A stretch of 64,000 bases of DNA from an uncultured Bacteroidales bacterium (GTDB lineage: Bacteria > Bacteroidota > Bacteroidia > Bacteroidales > VadinHA17). The stretch is from positions 8,642 to 72,641 of the forward strand of contig CAWGRY010000011.1 in assembly GCA_963825165.1 (NCBI GenBank). The letters are read 5' to 3'. Of the stretch, positions 12,591 to 23,124 are shown piece after piece. The notes beneath the pieces are model-generated. The model was not told where the DNA came from. It saw nothing but the letters and a program-made list of their open reading frames with translations, and ran no database searches. How positions within the stretch are numbered: position 1 is the first letter of the stretch; the number at the start of each line of letters is the position of its first letter. The position numbers were made by a program, and so were the translations under genes.

Positions 12591-13190
12591 ATGATATCTG
12601 ACGGGCTTAAGGAGTACGATCTGATTCTTGCCTCTGCATCACCGCGCCGGAGACAGCTGCTCGATGAGGCCGGTTTCAGGTTTCATACAGCGGCAGTAGA
12701 TTTCAGCGAGGTATGGCCTTCGCATCTCCGGGGCAGGGAGATCGCAGAGTATCTGGCCGGAGGCAAGGCTGCAGCATGGAACGAAGAAATAAGACCTGGC
12801 CAGATAATCATTACAGCTGATACAGTGGTCTGGTGCCATGATACGGTACTCGGCAAGCCGGCGGATTCAGGAGAGGCAGCCCGGTTTCTCAGACTGCTGT
12901 CAGGCTGTGAGCATGAGGTCATAACCGGTATGTGCCTCAGGGACAGCAGTAAAAAGGATATCTTTTCGGTGACCACACGTGTGACATTCAGGGAGCTGTC
13001 AGATGAAGAGATCGGTTATTATGTCGAAAACTACCAACCTCTTGATAAGGCCGGAGCATACGGTATCCAGGAATGGATAGGACTCAGGGGCATAACCCGC
13101 ATTGAAGGATCATATTACAACGTCGTGGGCATGCCTGTCAGCGACCTTTATACCCGGTTGCTTGACTTTACAGGAAACAGAAAACTATAA
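12591..13190 (+). CDS. maf: Maf-like nucleoside-triphosphate pyrophosphatase
   Basis: LILASASPRRRQLL...ADTVV...GKP...KAGAYGIQE motifs. The ATG at 12591 follows the UbiA stop directly; the longer track start overlaps the UbiA gene. Confidence 0.8.
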   Translation: MISDGLKEYDLILASASPRRRQLLDEAGFRFHTAAVDFSEVWPSHLRGREIAEYLAGGKAAAWNEEIRPGQIIITADTVVWCHDTVLGKPADSGEAARFLRLLSGCEHEVITGMCLRDSSKKDIFSVTTRVTFRELSDEEIGYYVENYQPLDKAGAYGIQEWIGLRGITRIEGSYYNVVGMPVSDLYTRLLDFTGNRKL

Positions 13191-13192
13191 TT

Positions 13193-15349
13193 ATGATGAG
13201 GAAAAAACAGTCGTTGATGCTGGTTATGTTAATCACACTTCTGTCAGGCACGGCACGGGCCGACGAGGGAATGTGGATACCGGTACTGATAGAGAAGTAT
13301 AATATCAGGATCATGCAGGAAAACGGATTCAAGCTTACTTCTGAAGATATTTACAGTATCAACAAGGCATCTATGAAAGATGCCGTAGTGCTCTTTGGCG
13401 GCGGCTGCACAGGAGAATTCATATCAGACAAAGGTCTGATCCTGACCAACCACCATTGCGGTTTTGGCTCAATACAAAATCACTCAACTCTTGAACATGA
13501 CTACCTTACTGACGGTTTCTGGGCTTCGACCAAAGATGAAGAGCTGTCAAATCCCGGACTGTCAGTGACCATCATGAAGTATATGGAAGATGTCACCGAA
13601 AAGGTGCTTGAAGGTGTCACTGATGATATGGATGCGGAAAAGAGGGAGGCTCTGATTAACGCCAATATCACCGCCATTAACGCCGAAGCGGTCAGGGGAA
13701 CTCATTACGCTTCAATGGTCATGCCGTTCTTCCTGGGGAACCAGTATTTCCTGATTGTGAACGAAGTCTTCCGCGATGTGAGGCTTGTAGGCGCCCCGCC
13801 GTCGGCTATCGGCAAGTTCGGGGGAGATACTGACAACTGGGTATGGCCGCGCCATACAGGTGATTTTTCACTGTTCAGGGTCTATGCAGACAGCGCAAAT
13901 AAACCGGCTGCATATTCTGCCGGTAACGTACCTTATAAGCCTGCCTACCATTTTCCGGTCTCGCTGAAAGGAGTAAATGAAGGCGATTTTACAATGGTCT
14001 TCGGTTACCCGGCCAGAACGCAGGAATACGCTCCTTCAAACCATATCAGGATGCTTAAGGATGTGATTTACCCGAAACAGGTTGAGATACGAGGAACCAA
14101 GATCGGTATTATGGAGCAGGAGATGGCCGGGGACCCGCTGGTCAGAATAAAATATTCGGCGAAGGCATTCGGACTTTCCAACGGATGGAAAAAATGGATA
14201 GGGGAAATACAGAGCCTTAACAAAATAAACGGAATAGCCCGTAAGGAAGCCTTTGAGAAAGAATTCTCGGATTGGGCTGCAGCCGATCCGGTACGGACTG
14301 CGAAATACGGGACACTTTTTGGACAGTACGACGAAATATATAAAACCTACAGCACCCTGTCGCTTGTAAACAACTATACAGCGGAAGTCTTTTTTAACAA
14401 CGGAGCGGAGCCTGCCGAGCTTGCCGGCAGCTTCAGGAGTGCAGTCAAAATGGCCGGTGCGAAGAGCCCTGATCTGGAGAAGGAGCTGACGAGGCTGCAG
14501 GGAGTATCTGCCGACTTTTTCAAAGATTATGATGATGCAGTTGCCAGAAGGCTTTTTGTTGCCGTGATGGACCTGTATGGCAAAAATATCGACCCTGAAT
14601 GGCAGTCGCAGGCTTATAAAGAGCTTTATGCTTCATGCAACGGCGACTTTAACTCTGTCACGGACAAACTTTTTGACAGGTCTGTCTTCACCGATGCAAC
14701 GAAGGTCCACGGGCTGCTTGGCAAATTTGATGCGAAGAAGGTTCAGAAGGATCCGTTTTATCTCCTTGCCTCTTCTGCTTCTGACCTGCTGGATACGAAA
14801 GTCAGACCGGAACTGTCAGCGCTCAATGCCCGTCTCGCAGTCCTGAACCGGACATATATGGCGGGACAGATGGAACAGGGAAGCGGCAAGGTCTTTTATC
14901 CGGATGCGAATTTTACGCTCCGGCTCTCTTACGGCAAGGTCATGGGATATGATTCCAGGGACGCCGTTCATTATAAGCATTTCACCACTCTTACCGGAGT
15001 GATTGAAAAGGATAATCCGGACATATATGACTATGATGTCCCTGACAAACTTAAGGAGCTGTATCTGAAAAATGATTTCGGACGATATGCCGTTAACGGG
15101 GATGTGCCTGTTTGCTTTATTGCCAACAACCACACCACCGGAGGCAACTCCGGCAGTCCGGTTCTGAATGCAGAGGGTCAGCTGGTAGGCATCAATTTTG
15201 ACCGCGCATGGGAGGGGGTGGCCTCAGACATCATGTTCAACCCGCTTCAAAGCCGTAACATCAGCCTTGACATCAGGTATGTCCTGTTTATTATAGAGAA
15301 GTTCGCCGGGGCGGACTATCTTATACAGGAGATGACACTGGCTGAATAG
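13193..15349 (+). CDS. S46-family dipeptidyl-peptidase (DPP7/DPP11-like)
   Basis: Signal peptide followed by ADEGMW, catalytic His in TNHHCG and catalytic Ser in GGNSGSPV, about 718 aa. Confidence 0.8.
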   Translation: MMRKKQSLMLVMLITLLSGTARADEGMWIPVLIEKYNIRIMQENGFKLTSEDIYSINKASMKDAVVLFGGGCTGEFISDKGLILTNHHCGFGSIQNHSTLEHDYLTDGFWASTKDEELSNPGLSVTIMKYMEDVTEKVLEGVTDDMDAEKREALINANITAINAEAVRGTHYASMVMPFFLGNQYFLIVNEVFRDVRLVGAPPSAIGKFGGDTDNWVWPRHTGDFSLFRVYADSANKPAAYSAGNVPYKPAYHFPVSLKGVNEGDFTMVFGYPARTQEYAPSNHIRMLKDVIYPKQVEIRGTKIGIMEQEMAGDPLVRIKYSAKAFGLSNGWKKWIGEIQSLNKINGIARKEAFEKEFSDWAAADPVRTAKYGTLFGQYDEIYKTYSTLSLVNNYTAEVFFNNGAEPAELAGSFRSAVKMAGAKSPDLEKELTRLQGVSADFFKDYDDAVARRLFVAVMDLYGKNIDPEWQSQAYKELYASCNGDFNSVTDKLFDRSVFTDATKVHGLLGKFDAKKVQKDPFYLLASSASDLLDTKVRPELSALNARLAVLNRTYMAGQMEQGSGKVFYPDANFTLRLSYGKVMGYDSRDAVHYKHFTTLTGVIEKDNPDIYDYDVPDKLKELYLKNDFGRYAVNGDVPVCFIANNHTTGGNSGSPVLNAEGQLVGINFDRAWEGVASDIMFNPLQSRNISLDIRYVLFIIEKFAGADYLIQEMTLAE

Positions 15350-18300
15350 CAGCCTGAGCATACTCCTTAACCTGGAATATAAACGCCTGCAGCCTGGTGT
15401 CAAGTGATACCGTATCCTGTCCGTCATATGGAATATTTAAGAACGGGATATTATTGTAGTCCTTGCGGAATGAATCACTTACCGACGCAACAAGCGTCCC
15501 GGGCATACATGTGAAAGGCAGTATCGCTGCTATTCCTGCAACGCCCCTGGAGGCCAGTGCGGCAGATGATCCCATTGCTATTGGAGGATCACCGTCATAG
15601 AACTCACTGACGTATTTGTTACTCAGCTCAAGCATTTCCTCGAGGGAGACATCCAGGCTGGTATCAGTATATTTGTGAATGCCGTGAAGGAGGTAATCAA
15701 CAATAACTTCCTGTCCAACACCCTGGATCTTTGATTTTATCAGTCCTTTGGTGTCATTCTTCCATTTGCTGTCGCGCGTGTAGCGGTGGGTGGAATATGT
15801 TATCCATTCCGAGAACGGACCTATCAGGACCTCCGCACCAAGTGCCTCGAGCCTGTTGGCAATATTTCCGTTACAGCCTGCATTGTCACGCATGTAAACC
15901 TCTCCCAGGATAGCAACAACAGGTCTCCTGCGGCTTCTGTCTGCCCTGATAGCCATGAATTCGTTGGCTACCTCAACTAATACCTTACGAAGTCCCCTGG
16001 AGCCGTTTTCGATGGATCTTTCAATTTTTTTCAGTGCGGCTTCATAGACAGCATCCGTATCGCCCTTATTTATTTCATAAGGTCTTATCTCCCTGTAAAG
16101 TTTCCTTACATAGTCAAATGATACAAAGCCCTTCCATGCATTGATCCTGAACTTCTGGCTCTGATCACCGGCAAGATCAGCGTATGATGTGTCGTTGGAA
16201 GGGGTAACGAGCTCTGCATCCTTAAAACCGAGTCTGTCAAACAGTATCCTCTGGAACTGGTTATACTGGCCGAAACGGCACGGGCCGTTATGGTCGGGCA
16301 TGAAGAAGCTCATCCTCGATGGGTCAGCGCCAGGCTCCATCAGCTTTTTAAGGAAGCTGCCTGTTGTGCAGATCATCGGGAAGCACTCTTTTGAGGAGGT
16401 GTACTTTCTACCGAGAGCAATGTCTACCTCAGTCTGCTTGGGCAGTACTTCCGAAGGAATGCCGACGCTCCTGGCTGCGGCTGCGACAAAAGCTGCCCCG
16501 TCATGCATGTACGGAAAATAGAGTGTTCTGTTGGCAGGCGGAGCAGATGGACTGGGCCGCGGCCTGTGGATGGTCACGGCTTTCTTCTCATTCATCTCAG
16601 AGCCCCTGAGGCTGTCAAGGAACGCTTCTATGCGGGTTACCATGCCGGCATCGGCAGAGTGTTCATCCACTTCAAGGTGCAGGAAGGGCTTGCCCTTTAG
16701 TTCTTCAGTGACATAATGCCATATAAATAAATCAGGACCGCATCTGAAATTACTGATATATACTGCATACAAACCTTCTGTTTTAGCCACATGCTGCGCT
16801 GCAGCGATCATCTTCTGACCGTTTGGCCAGTACATGTTCCTGTAATTTCCGTAGATCTTGTATGATGACAGGTCAAGCATGTCAAGAGGGATAGGCATGA
16901 CATCCTGCACAAGCAGTTTTTCAGTCAGATCAAGGTTAAGATGCGGATCGGCACTGTTGTAAGGCCTTCCCAGGATCACCACCGGGCGGCAGTTCTCAGG
17001 GATATTCTTCAGCGCTTCCCTGCCGTATTCCACAAGACCCTTTTCAAATGCGACCTGAACTTCGTCAGCCTTATAGATGGCTTTTTTTATTTCTTCCTTT
17101 TTTAACCCGAACTTCTCATTGAAAAAAGCTGACAGCTCCTTTACCAGTGCGCGTTCAAAGTACCTGAAGTGCAGAGTAGGAGTGAGGAACTTTGATTCGT
17201 CAACCTTGCCTTTAAGGGCAGCCCTGACCATAAAGGGGAATGACTGTATCCACGGGCAGTTGGTGTTGGATGTCGTGTCTCCCTGACGGTATTTTCCGTT
17301 GACTACAAATGGCATGAAGACATAATCGACATTTTTCTCGAGGAGATCGATCACATGGCCGTGCATCAGCTCGACAGGGAGACAGGTCTCTGATGAGATT
17401 GTTTCAATTGAACGGGAGACCAGTGCCTTATCAGATTCCCTTGAAACGACCACGTTAAATCCAAGCTCCTGAAAGAAGGTCCTCCAGAACGGGAACTGCT
17501 GGTAATATACCATCAAAGCTCTCGGAATGCCTATGGTTGTTTTTCCGTTTGCTTCAGTTTCCTTATAATCACCCGCAAGCATCTCGAGTCTCTTTTTAAA
17601 GAGGTTTGGTATGTGCCCGGTATTCTTCTTGCGGCCGTCAGTCTCATATTTTTCACAGCGTCCGCCGTAGAACAGTGATTTCTTTTCGCCGGTGATGTTT
17701 ATCCGGCTTATTTCGCAGTTGTTGACGCAGCTCTTGCAGACAAACCTGCTCATTTCATACGTCACATTACGTACGCCAAAGCCCTTGAATGTGGTTTTCT
17801 GGCCTTCCGTCATTGATCTCTGTGCAAGAATGGCGGCGCCTATTGCCCCCGTGACGTCAAAGTGCGGCGGTATGGTGATTTTTTTTCCTGTCACCTGTTC
17901 GAATGCAGCTACGACAGCCTTATTATTTGTAACACCTCCCTGGAAAAAGATCTTGTTGCCGACCTTACGGTCTGCAACAACTTTCTGCAGGTAGTTGTAA
18001 ACGATCGAATAAGCGAGTCCTCCGACAAGATTATCATTCTTGGCGCCTTTCTGCATGAAGGAATTGAGGTCTGATTCCATAAACACGGTGCAGCGGTCAC
18101 CGAGCTTGACGGGTGTTTCTGACTTAAGGGCCATGTTCCCGAACTGCTCCACTATCCTGATGTTGAGCTTTTCAGCCTGCTCCTCGAGGAATGATCCGGT
18201 GCCGGCGGCACAGACCTTGTTCATCTCGAAGTCGACCACCACTCCGTTTTCAATGCTTATATATTTTGAATCCTGTCCGCCGATCTCGAATATTGTATCA

Positions 18301-19580
18301 ACCGTAGGATCATAGTCTATTGCGGCGGTTGCCTGCGCCGTTATTTCATTCTGGATTGTATCTGCCCCGATGAAATCACCCGTCAGGTACCGGCCTGAGC
18401 CCGTCGTCCCCGCACCGATTACCTCCACATGCTCTCCTATCTCGTCAAATATCTCTGTCATACCTCTCTGTATGGCTTCCAGCGGCTTGCCGGCTGTAGG
18501 GAGGTAGCGTCTTGCAACAACGTTGTGCTTTTTGTCAATCAGAACGACGTTGGTGCTCAGTGAGCCTACATCGATACCAAGGTAAACTGGCAGTTTATCG
18601 GTTCCGTTCTTGTGAAATTTTACTTCTTTATTGTAAACGGCCTCTGATTCTATCAGCTGTGGCAGGCTGACAAATTTAGATGCATGTTTCTTAAGGTAAG
18701 CCTGAAGCTCTTCAAGACCTTTAAAAGGTTTGACATCCAGATTGTTGACGTGACTGTACATCACTGCCCCGATGGCACCCATTGATGCATGGTGGGTGGG
18801 TATGATAAGCTCATCTCCTTTAAGGTCAAGCACTTCCCTGAATGCTCTTACCATTCCAATGTTTGCTGCCACGCCACCTGAGAAGAGGACAGGCTTCTTT
18901 ATCTCCTTGCTGCGGGCGACAGTGCTCCGGAAATTGCGTGCAAGTGCAAAGCACAGTCCTGCCACAATATCATGCAATGGGGTGGCTAACTGCTGGTGAT
19001 GAATCATGTCGCTCTTGGCGAACACGCTGCATCTGCCCGCAATACGCGGCGGGTTGACCGATTTCATAGCCATCTCACCGAACTCCTTCTCGATAGGGAC
19101 ACCTATTCTTTTTGCCTGCTGATCAAGGAATGACCCTGTACCTGCGGCACAGATGCTGTTCATCTCAAAGTCAACGAGTCTGGCGTGATCATCCTCAGGG
19201 TTTTTCTCAAGAGTAATGAGCTTTAAATCTTCGCCCCCGATCTCAATGACTGTACGGGCATCAGGATAGAGTCTGCCTGCAGAGGTTGCCTGTGCAATTA
19301 TTTCATTTACAAATACGCCTCCGATAAGTCCGGCGGCCAGCTTACCACCCGTGCCTGTCAGGGCAATTCCCTTTATAGTGACAGAGGGGTATTTTTTCAG
19401 AATGGATGAGAACCTGTCATAGAGCATATTGAAAGGTTTACCATGAACGTAGTCATAGTGATCTTCAATGATGTTATAGTTATCATCAAGTAGAACCGTA
19501 TTGAGAGAAACTGATCCGATATCAAGTCCGACATAAAATGACTGACCTGAATTGTCAGTAGAAGCTTCTTTATAAGTCAT
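15321..19580 (-). CDS. Large fusion protein with two BcrAD/BadFG-type ATPase ('CoA-enzyme activase') domains and a dehydratase-like C-terminal region
   Basis: Two repeats of the acetate/sugar-kinase-like pattern (GLDIGS.S..., CAAGTGSFLDQQA / CAAGTGSFLEEQA) followed by about 800 aa of Cys-containing region. Its 3' end overlaps the convergent S46 gene by 29 nt. Confidence 0.75.
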   Translation of the reverse strand: MTYKEASTDNSGQSFYVGLDIGSVSLNTVLLDDNYNIIEDHYDYVHGKPFNMLYDRFSSILKKYPSVTIKGIALTGTGGKLAAGLIGGVFVNEIIAQATSAGRLYPDARTVIEIGGEDLKLITLEKNPEDDHARLVDFEMNSICAAGTGSFLDQQAKRIGVPIEKEFGEMAMKSVNPPRIAGRCSVFAKSDMIHHQQLATPLHDIVAGLCFALARNFRSTVARSKEIKKPVLFSGGVAANIGMVRAFREVLDLKGDELIIPTHHASMGAIGAVMYSHVNNLDVKPFKGLEELQAYLKKHASKFVSLPQLIESEAVYNKEVKFHKNGTDKLPVYLGIDVGSLSTNVVLIDKKHNVVARRYLPTAGKPLEAIQRGMTEIFDEIGEHVEVIGAGTTGSGRYLTGDFIGADTIQNEITAQATAAIDYDPTVDTIFEIGGQDSKYISIENGVVVDFEMNKVCAAGTGSFLEEQAEKLNIRIVEQFGNMALKSETPVKLGDRCTVFMESDLNSFMQKGAKNDNLVGGLAYSIVYNYLQKVVADRKVGNKIFFQGGVTNNKAVVAAFEQVTGKKITIPPHFDVTGAIGAAILAQRSMTEGQKTTFKGFGVRNVTYEMSRFVCKSCVNNCEISRINITGEKKSLFYGGRCEKYETDGRKKNTGHIPNLFKKRLEMLAGDYKETEANGKTTIGIPRALMVYYQQFPFWRTFFQELGFNVVVSRESDKALVSRSIETISSETCLPVELMHGHVIDLLEKNVDYVFMPFVVNGKYRQGDTTSNTNCPWIQSFPFMVRAALKGKVDESKFLTPTLHFRYFERALVKELSAFFNEKFGLKKEEIKKAIYKADEVQVAFEKGLVEYGREALKNIPENCRPVVILGRPYNSADPHLNLDLTEKLLVQDVMPIPLDMLDLSSYKIYGNYRNMYWPNGQKMIAAAQHVAKTEGLYAVYISNFRCGPDLFIWHYVTEELKGKPFLHLEVDEHSADAGMVTRIEAFLDSLRGSEMNEKKAVTIHRPRPSPSAPPANRTLYFPYMHDGAAFVAAAARSVGIPSEVLPKQTEVDIALGRKYTSSKECFPMICTTGSFLKKLMEPGADPSRMSFFMPDHNGPCRFGQYNQFQRILFDRLGFKDAELVTPSNDTSYADLAGDQSQKFRINAWKGFVSFDYVRKLYREIRPYEINKGDTDAVYEAALKKIERSIENGSRGLRKVLVEVANEFMAIRADRSRRRPVVAILGEVYMRDNAGCNGNIANRLEALGAEVLIGPFSEWITYSTHRYTRDSKWKNDTKGLIKSKIQGVGQEVIVDYLLHGIHKYTDTSLDVSLEEMLELSNKYVSEFYDGDPPIAMGSSAALASRGVAGIAAILPFTCMPGTLVASVSDSFRKDYNNIPFLNIPYDGQDTVSLDTRLQAFIFQVKEYAQAAIQPVSSPV

Positions 19581-19712
19581 AATGAACTAGTTAGTTAAGG
19601 AAACCCGATTTGCCTCATTCAGGCCGTGAAGTTAAGAATTTTCAGGAAAAAATGCACATCCTTAGTATCAGTGTGATATATATCATGTCCTTCAGTTATG
19701 TCCTTCTGATGC

Positions 19713-19776
19713 GTGAATGATGTAAATCATTTAAGGAATCGTGTAACGTTTATAAGGGTAAGGCGCTCTACCTTGT
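19713..19776 (+). promoter_or_regulatory. 64-bp conserved promoter module, copy 1 (upstream of the 19801 gene)
   Basis: GTGAAT(19713)-ga-TGTAAA-N15-TGTAAC(19742)-N22-ACCTTGT(19770). Spacing is identical to the other seven copies. Confidence 0.7.
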
Positions 19777-19800
19777 GCCCTCATATTGGAATTTCATATC

Positions 19801-21402
19801 ATGGGGAAAAAGATCTTTTTAAAAATCCTGGTGTCGACGGTTGTTCTGTTGTTGGTGGCAAAAATTATTGCCATAATTTTTATCGAGCCGTGGATCGGGG
19901 GGAAAATACGTGCGGAACTGAATAAGGCGGACAGAAATTACATCGTTGAAATAGACAAGATTAAAGTATTGCTGATCAGGCCGGGAATAGAAATGGCAGG
20001 TATATCAATATTCTCAAATCCGGAAGTTGCAGGAGAACGTGGTTTAAGTGGCGAAATAGCGTCTGTAAAATTGGCAGGCATCAATCTCACCCGGGCATTA
20101 TTTAAACATGATATCTATGTAAGGAAAGTGACCTTTTCCAATAGTATTATTAAGGGTAAAATTCCAAATTCGGGAAGAGCAGTACAACCGGTAGTTTCAC
20201 CTCTGAGTTTCGGCATAGGCAGAATGCTGTTTGACAGAATGAACCTCGAAATGGAAGACGATTCAACGGGTCAGACTTATTCAGTAAAGGACGGGATGCT
20301 TAAAGTTTACGATTTGCAAGTCGGGAAACTTGATACTTTGCTCCCCGGATCGTTAAAGCTATTTGATTTTAATGCAGGAGAGGTAATTCTGGTATCGTCT
20401 GACAAAATGTATTCTTATGTAATAAAGGGGCTCAGCTATCCCGCAAATCTGAATACCTTATTTATAGACAGCCTGTTTATTCGTCCGGGTTACAGGGATT
20501 ATGATTTCACATCAAGGTATCCATTTCAAACGAACCGTATCGAAGCCGGCTTCACCGGCATTTATATTCACGGTATTGAATATGACGGTGATTTCAGATC
20601 AATGAGACTGAAAAGCCCGTACATCGAAATCGGGCAGATGGACATGAAAGTATTTCGTGATAAGAGGAAAGAATTCCGGCATCTGAATAAGCCCGCCTTC
20701 CAGGATTTACTTTACGACTTTCCCCACCCTTTTATGATTGATTCAGTAATTCTTATGAAAGGGAATGTAGCTTTTACAGTGCATGGTGAAGAGGCAAACG
20801 AGCCCGGAATGATAAGATTTAATGAAATCCATGCCAGGCTTTACAAATTAACAAACGACACCATCTACAAAACAGAAAAAGCCTTTTTGGAAATCAAAGC
20901 TGATGCCCTGTTAATGGGCAAAGGAAAGATGGCCGTTCATTTGAAAGAGAGAATATTTGACAACAGTAATACATTCTCACTGGAAGGTTCTCTTTCAGGT
21001 CTTGAAGCAAGTGAATTAAATCCCATCCTTGAGAAAAATGTATTTATTTATGCCACTTCCGGTAAAATAGATGAAATGAGTTTCACCTTCACTGCTGATA
21101 ATTACAGGTCAACAGGCAAAATGATAATGCTGTACCATGGGCTGGACATCGCAGTTAAGAACAGACAGACTGATGATACAACAGCGTTCAGAGAAAGATT
21201 TGTCTCATATATAGCCAACAGAAGAATACCGGATTCAAACCCTGTTAAGGGGGAAGACGTCAGAGAGGGGACAATAGATTATATAAGAGACCCTGAAAGA
21301 TCAGTTTTTCATTACTGCTTCCGATCTGTCCTGTCAGGAATTACTTCAACCCTGGCTGACGGCAACAAGAAAATGGAAGGCCGGCTGGCAGACAGGAGAT
21401 AA
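19801..21402 (+). CDS. Membrane-anchored hypothetical protein (AsmA/DUF748-like N-terminus, tentative)
   Basis: One N-terminal TM segment (KILVSTVVLLLVAKIIAIIF) followed by about 500 aa of beta-rich sequence. The ATG at 19801 lies downstream of module copy 1. Confidence 0.5.
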   Translation: MGKKIFLKILVSTVVLLLVAKIIAIIFIEPWIGGKIRAELNKADRNYIVEIDKIKVLLIRPGIEMAGISIFSNPEVAGERGLSGEIASVKLAGINLTRALFKHDIYVRKVTFSNSIIKGKIPNSGRAVQPVVSPLSFGIGRMLFDRMNLEMEDDSTGQTYSVKDGMLKVYDLQVGKLDTLLPGSLKLFDFNAGEVILVSSDKMYSYVIKGLSYPANLNTLFIDSLFIRPGYRDYDFTSRYPFQTNRIEAGFTGIYIHGIEYDGDFRSMRLKSPYIEIGQMDMKVFRDKRKEFRHLNKPAFQDLLYDFPHPFMIDSVILMKGNVAFTVHGEEANEPGMIRFNEIHARLYKLTNDTIYKTEKAFLEIKADALLMGKGKMAVHLKERIFDNSNTFSLEGSLSGLEASELNPILEKNVFIYATSGKIDEMSFTFTADNYRSTGKMIMLYHGLDIAVKNRQTDDTTAFRERFVSYIANRRIPDSNPVKGEDVREGTIDYIRDPERSVFHYCFRSVLSGITSTLADGNKKMEGRLADRR

Positions 21403-21444
21403 GTATTAAGGCTCTTTTCGCCTGTTTTTATTCCATTTTAATCC

Positions 21445-21508
21445 GTGAATTATGTAATAAGTATATACAATTATGTAACATTCTGTCAATAAATAACCAT
21501 CACCTTTA
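21445..21508 (+). promoter_or_regulatory. 64-bp conserved promoter module, copy 2 (upstream of the OMP at 21566)
   Basis: GTGAAT(21445)-ta-TGTAAT-N15-TGTAAC(21474)-N22-ACCTTTA(21502). Confidence 0.7.
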
Positions 21509-21565
21509 CAATTGATTATAAGCTCCTTAATAAGAAAGGTGACATCGAAAACTAATAATAAGCAA

Positions 21566-22132
21566 ATGAAAAAAACAATGAAATTTCTGATCGGATTAAT
21601 TACTGCGATTATGATTACGGGTGTTGTCAGTGCCCAGCACGGCAACGCACCTGCAGGGCACGTAACCATTGGGATAAAGGGCGGGCTGAATTTTTACAAC
21701 ATAAATAATGACAACAATACCAGTTACGACCAGAGAACTGGATATAATTTTGGTTTGCTTGGCCATATCCACCGCAACAGCCAGTGGGCATTTCAGCCTG
21801 AACTTGTATATTCCGCCCAGGGTGCAAAAAATTATAATCTGGGTTATATTAATATACCCGTCCTGATCCAGTATATGTTTGACAATGGATTCAGGATACA
21901 AGCCGGCCCGCAGCTAGGTTTTCTTGTCAGTTCAGACAATGATATTGATTATAATCCCGTTGACTTTGCATTAAGTGTTGGTGTGAGCTATGTAGTTCCA
22001 TCGACGGGGTTTGGTCTTGATTTAAGATATAATCATGGATTAAACGATATAAATAAAAGCAGTGAAGTAAAAGCAACCAACAGGGGAATTCAGTTTGGCC
22101 TGTTTTACCTTTTTGGCCATAACACAAGGTAG
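21566..22132 (+). CDS. Small outer-membrane beta-barrel protein (porin-family / OMP_b-brl-like)
   Basis: Signal peptide MKKTMKFLIGLITAIMITGVVSAQ, alternating beta-strand pattern, aromatic C-terminus (GIQFGLFYLF). Confidence 0.65.
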   Translation: MKKTMKFLIGLITAIMITGVVSAQHGNAPAGHVTIGIKGGLNFYNINNDNNTSYDQRTGYNFGLLGHIHRNSQWAFQPELVYSAQGAKNYNLGYINIPVLIQYMFDNGFRIQAGPQLGFLVSSDNDIDYNPVDFALSVGVSYVVPSTGFGLDLRYNHGLNDINKSSEVKATNRGIQFGLFYLFGHNTR

Positions 22133-22563
22133 TCCTCTGAAAGCCCTTGCTTTCGCTGAATCTTTTTATATCATTGAACTTGCCTGCCAGTACAGTGACA
22201 TCTTTTTTCCCGAGTGGTATATTAACACCATAAGACAGATCGGTTTTGTAGTTCCTCCTGAAGACAGAAGTAAAAACTCTCTCTTTTGGAGGAATTTTTA
22301 CAGCTATTAAATCCTTTCACCGGACATTTCTGTTTGCGGCTCAGGACCTCATGGGAAGTGCGCGGCTGAATGACTCAATCATCCAGTTATCGGATACGAT
22401 TTTTATTAAAGTCAGAAACATAGCGGGAACATAGGTGTTATATTTCTGGTGTGCATGGAAGCTTCTATCCTGGATTTTTGAGTCAGAGGCTGGCAAGCGG
22501 CCTTTGGGATTTTCAAAAAAATCTTAAATTTGAAGAAGTAACTTTCCCTGTATACCCGGCATA

Positions 22564-23124
22564 TTGAAACTCTACATCAAAAATATGGTCAGCCTCCGTT
22601 GCATAATGCTGGTGAAATCGGAGTTGGAAAATCTGGGATTGCATTATGGTTCAGTTGAATTGTGCGAAGCTGAAATAACGGAGGATATTTCACCGGAGCA
22701 GCGCGAAGACCTCGCAATAGCACTCAAAAAGACCGGGCTTGAACTGATGCAGGACAAAAAGAACATCCTGGTTGAAAGAATAAAAGCAGTCATCATTGAC
22801 CTGGTGCATAATACCGATGAGCAGATCAAAATAAACCTATCCGACCACCTGAGCCAAAAACTCAATCACAATTACACCTATCTGGGAAATCTTTTTTCAG
22901 AGGTAAAGGGGGTTACCATTGAGAAGTTTTACCTGTCGCACAAAATTGAAAAGGCAAAGGAACTGCTGATATATGATGAACTTAATCTCACCGAAATAGC
23001 CTGGAAACTGCACTACAGCAGTGTAGCCCACCTTTCAAACCAGTTCAGGAAGATGACAGGGCTTACACCCTCCCAGTTTAAGAAACTGAAGAACAAAAAG
23101 CCCCGGGCTCTGGAAGATGTGTGA
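22564..23124 (+). CDS. AraC-family transcriptional regulator with a small HMA-like N-terminal domain that lacks CxxC
   Basis: C-terminal HTH_18 pattern (LTEIAWKLHYSSVAHLSNQFRKMTGLTPSQFKK). The N-terminus reads KNMVSLRCIMLVKSELENLGL. Its TGA stop lies inside the GTGAAT box of module copy 3. Confidence 0.75.
   Translation: MKLYIKNMVSLRCIMLVKSELENLGLHYGSVELCEAEITEDISPEQREDLAIALKKTGLELMQDKKNILVERIKAVIIDLVHNTDEQIKINLSDHLSQKLNHNYTYLGNLFSEVKGVTIEKFYLSHKIEKAKELLIYDELNLTEIAWKLHYSSVAHLSNQFRKMTGLTPSQFKKLKNKKPRALEDV

Noticed and set aside
22133-22563. A 430-nt stretch after the OMP gene has open frames on both strands (track ORF 22095..22310 on the plus strand, and a start-less minus-strand frame reading ...SYGVNIPLGKKDVTVLAGKF...). 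It could be a gene remnant.
   Set aside because: Neither frame has a convincing start or a recognisable domain, and the two exclude each other. I cannot support a call. A weak hairpin (GAAAGC-CCTT-GCTTTC, 22139-22154) may terminate the OMP gene.
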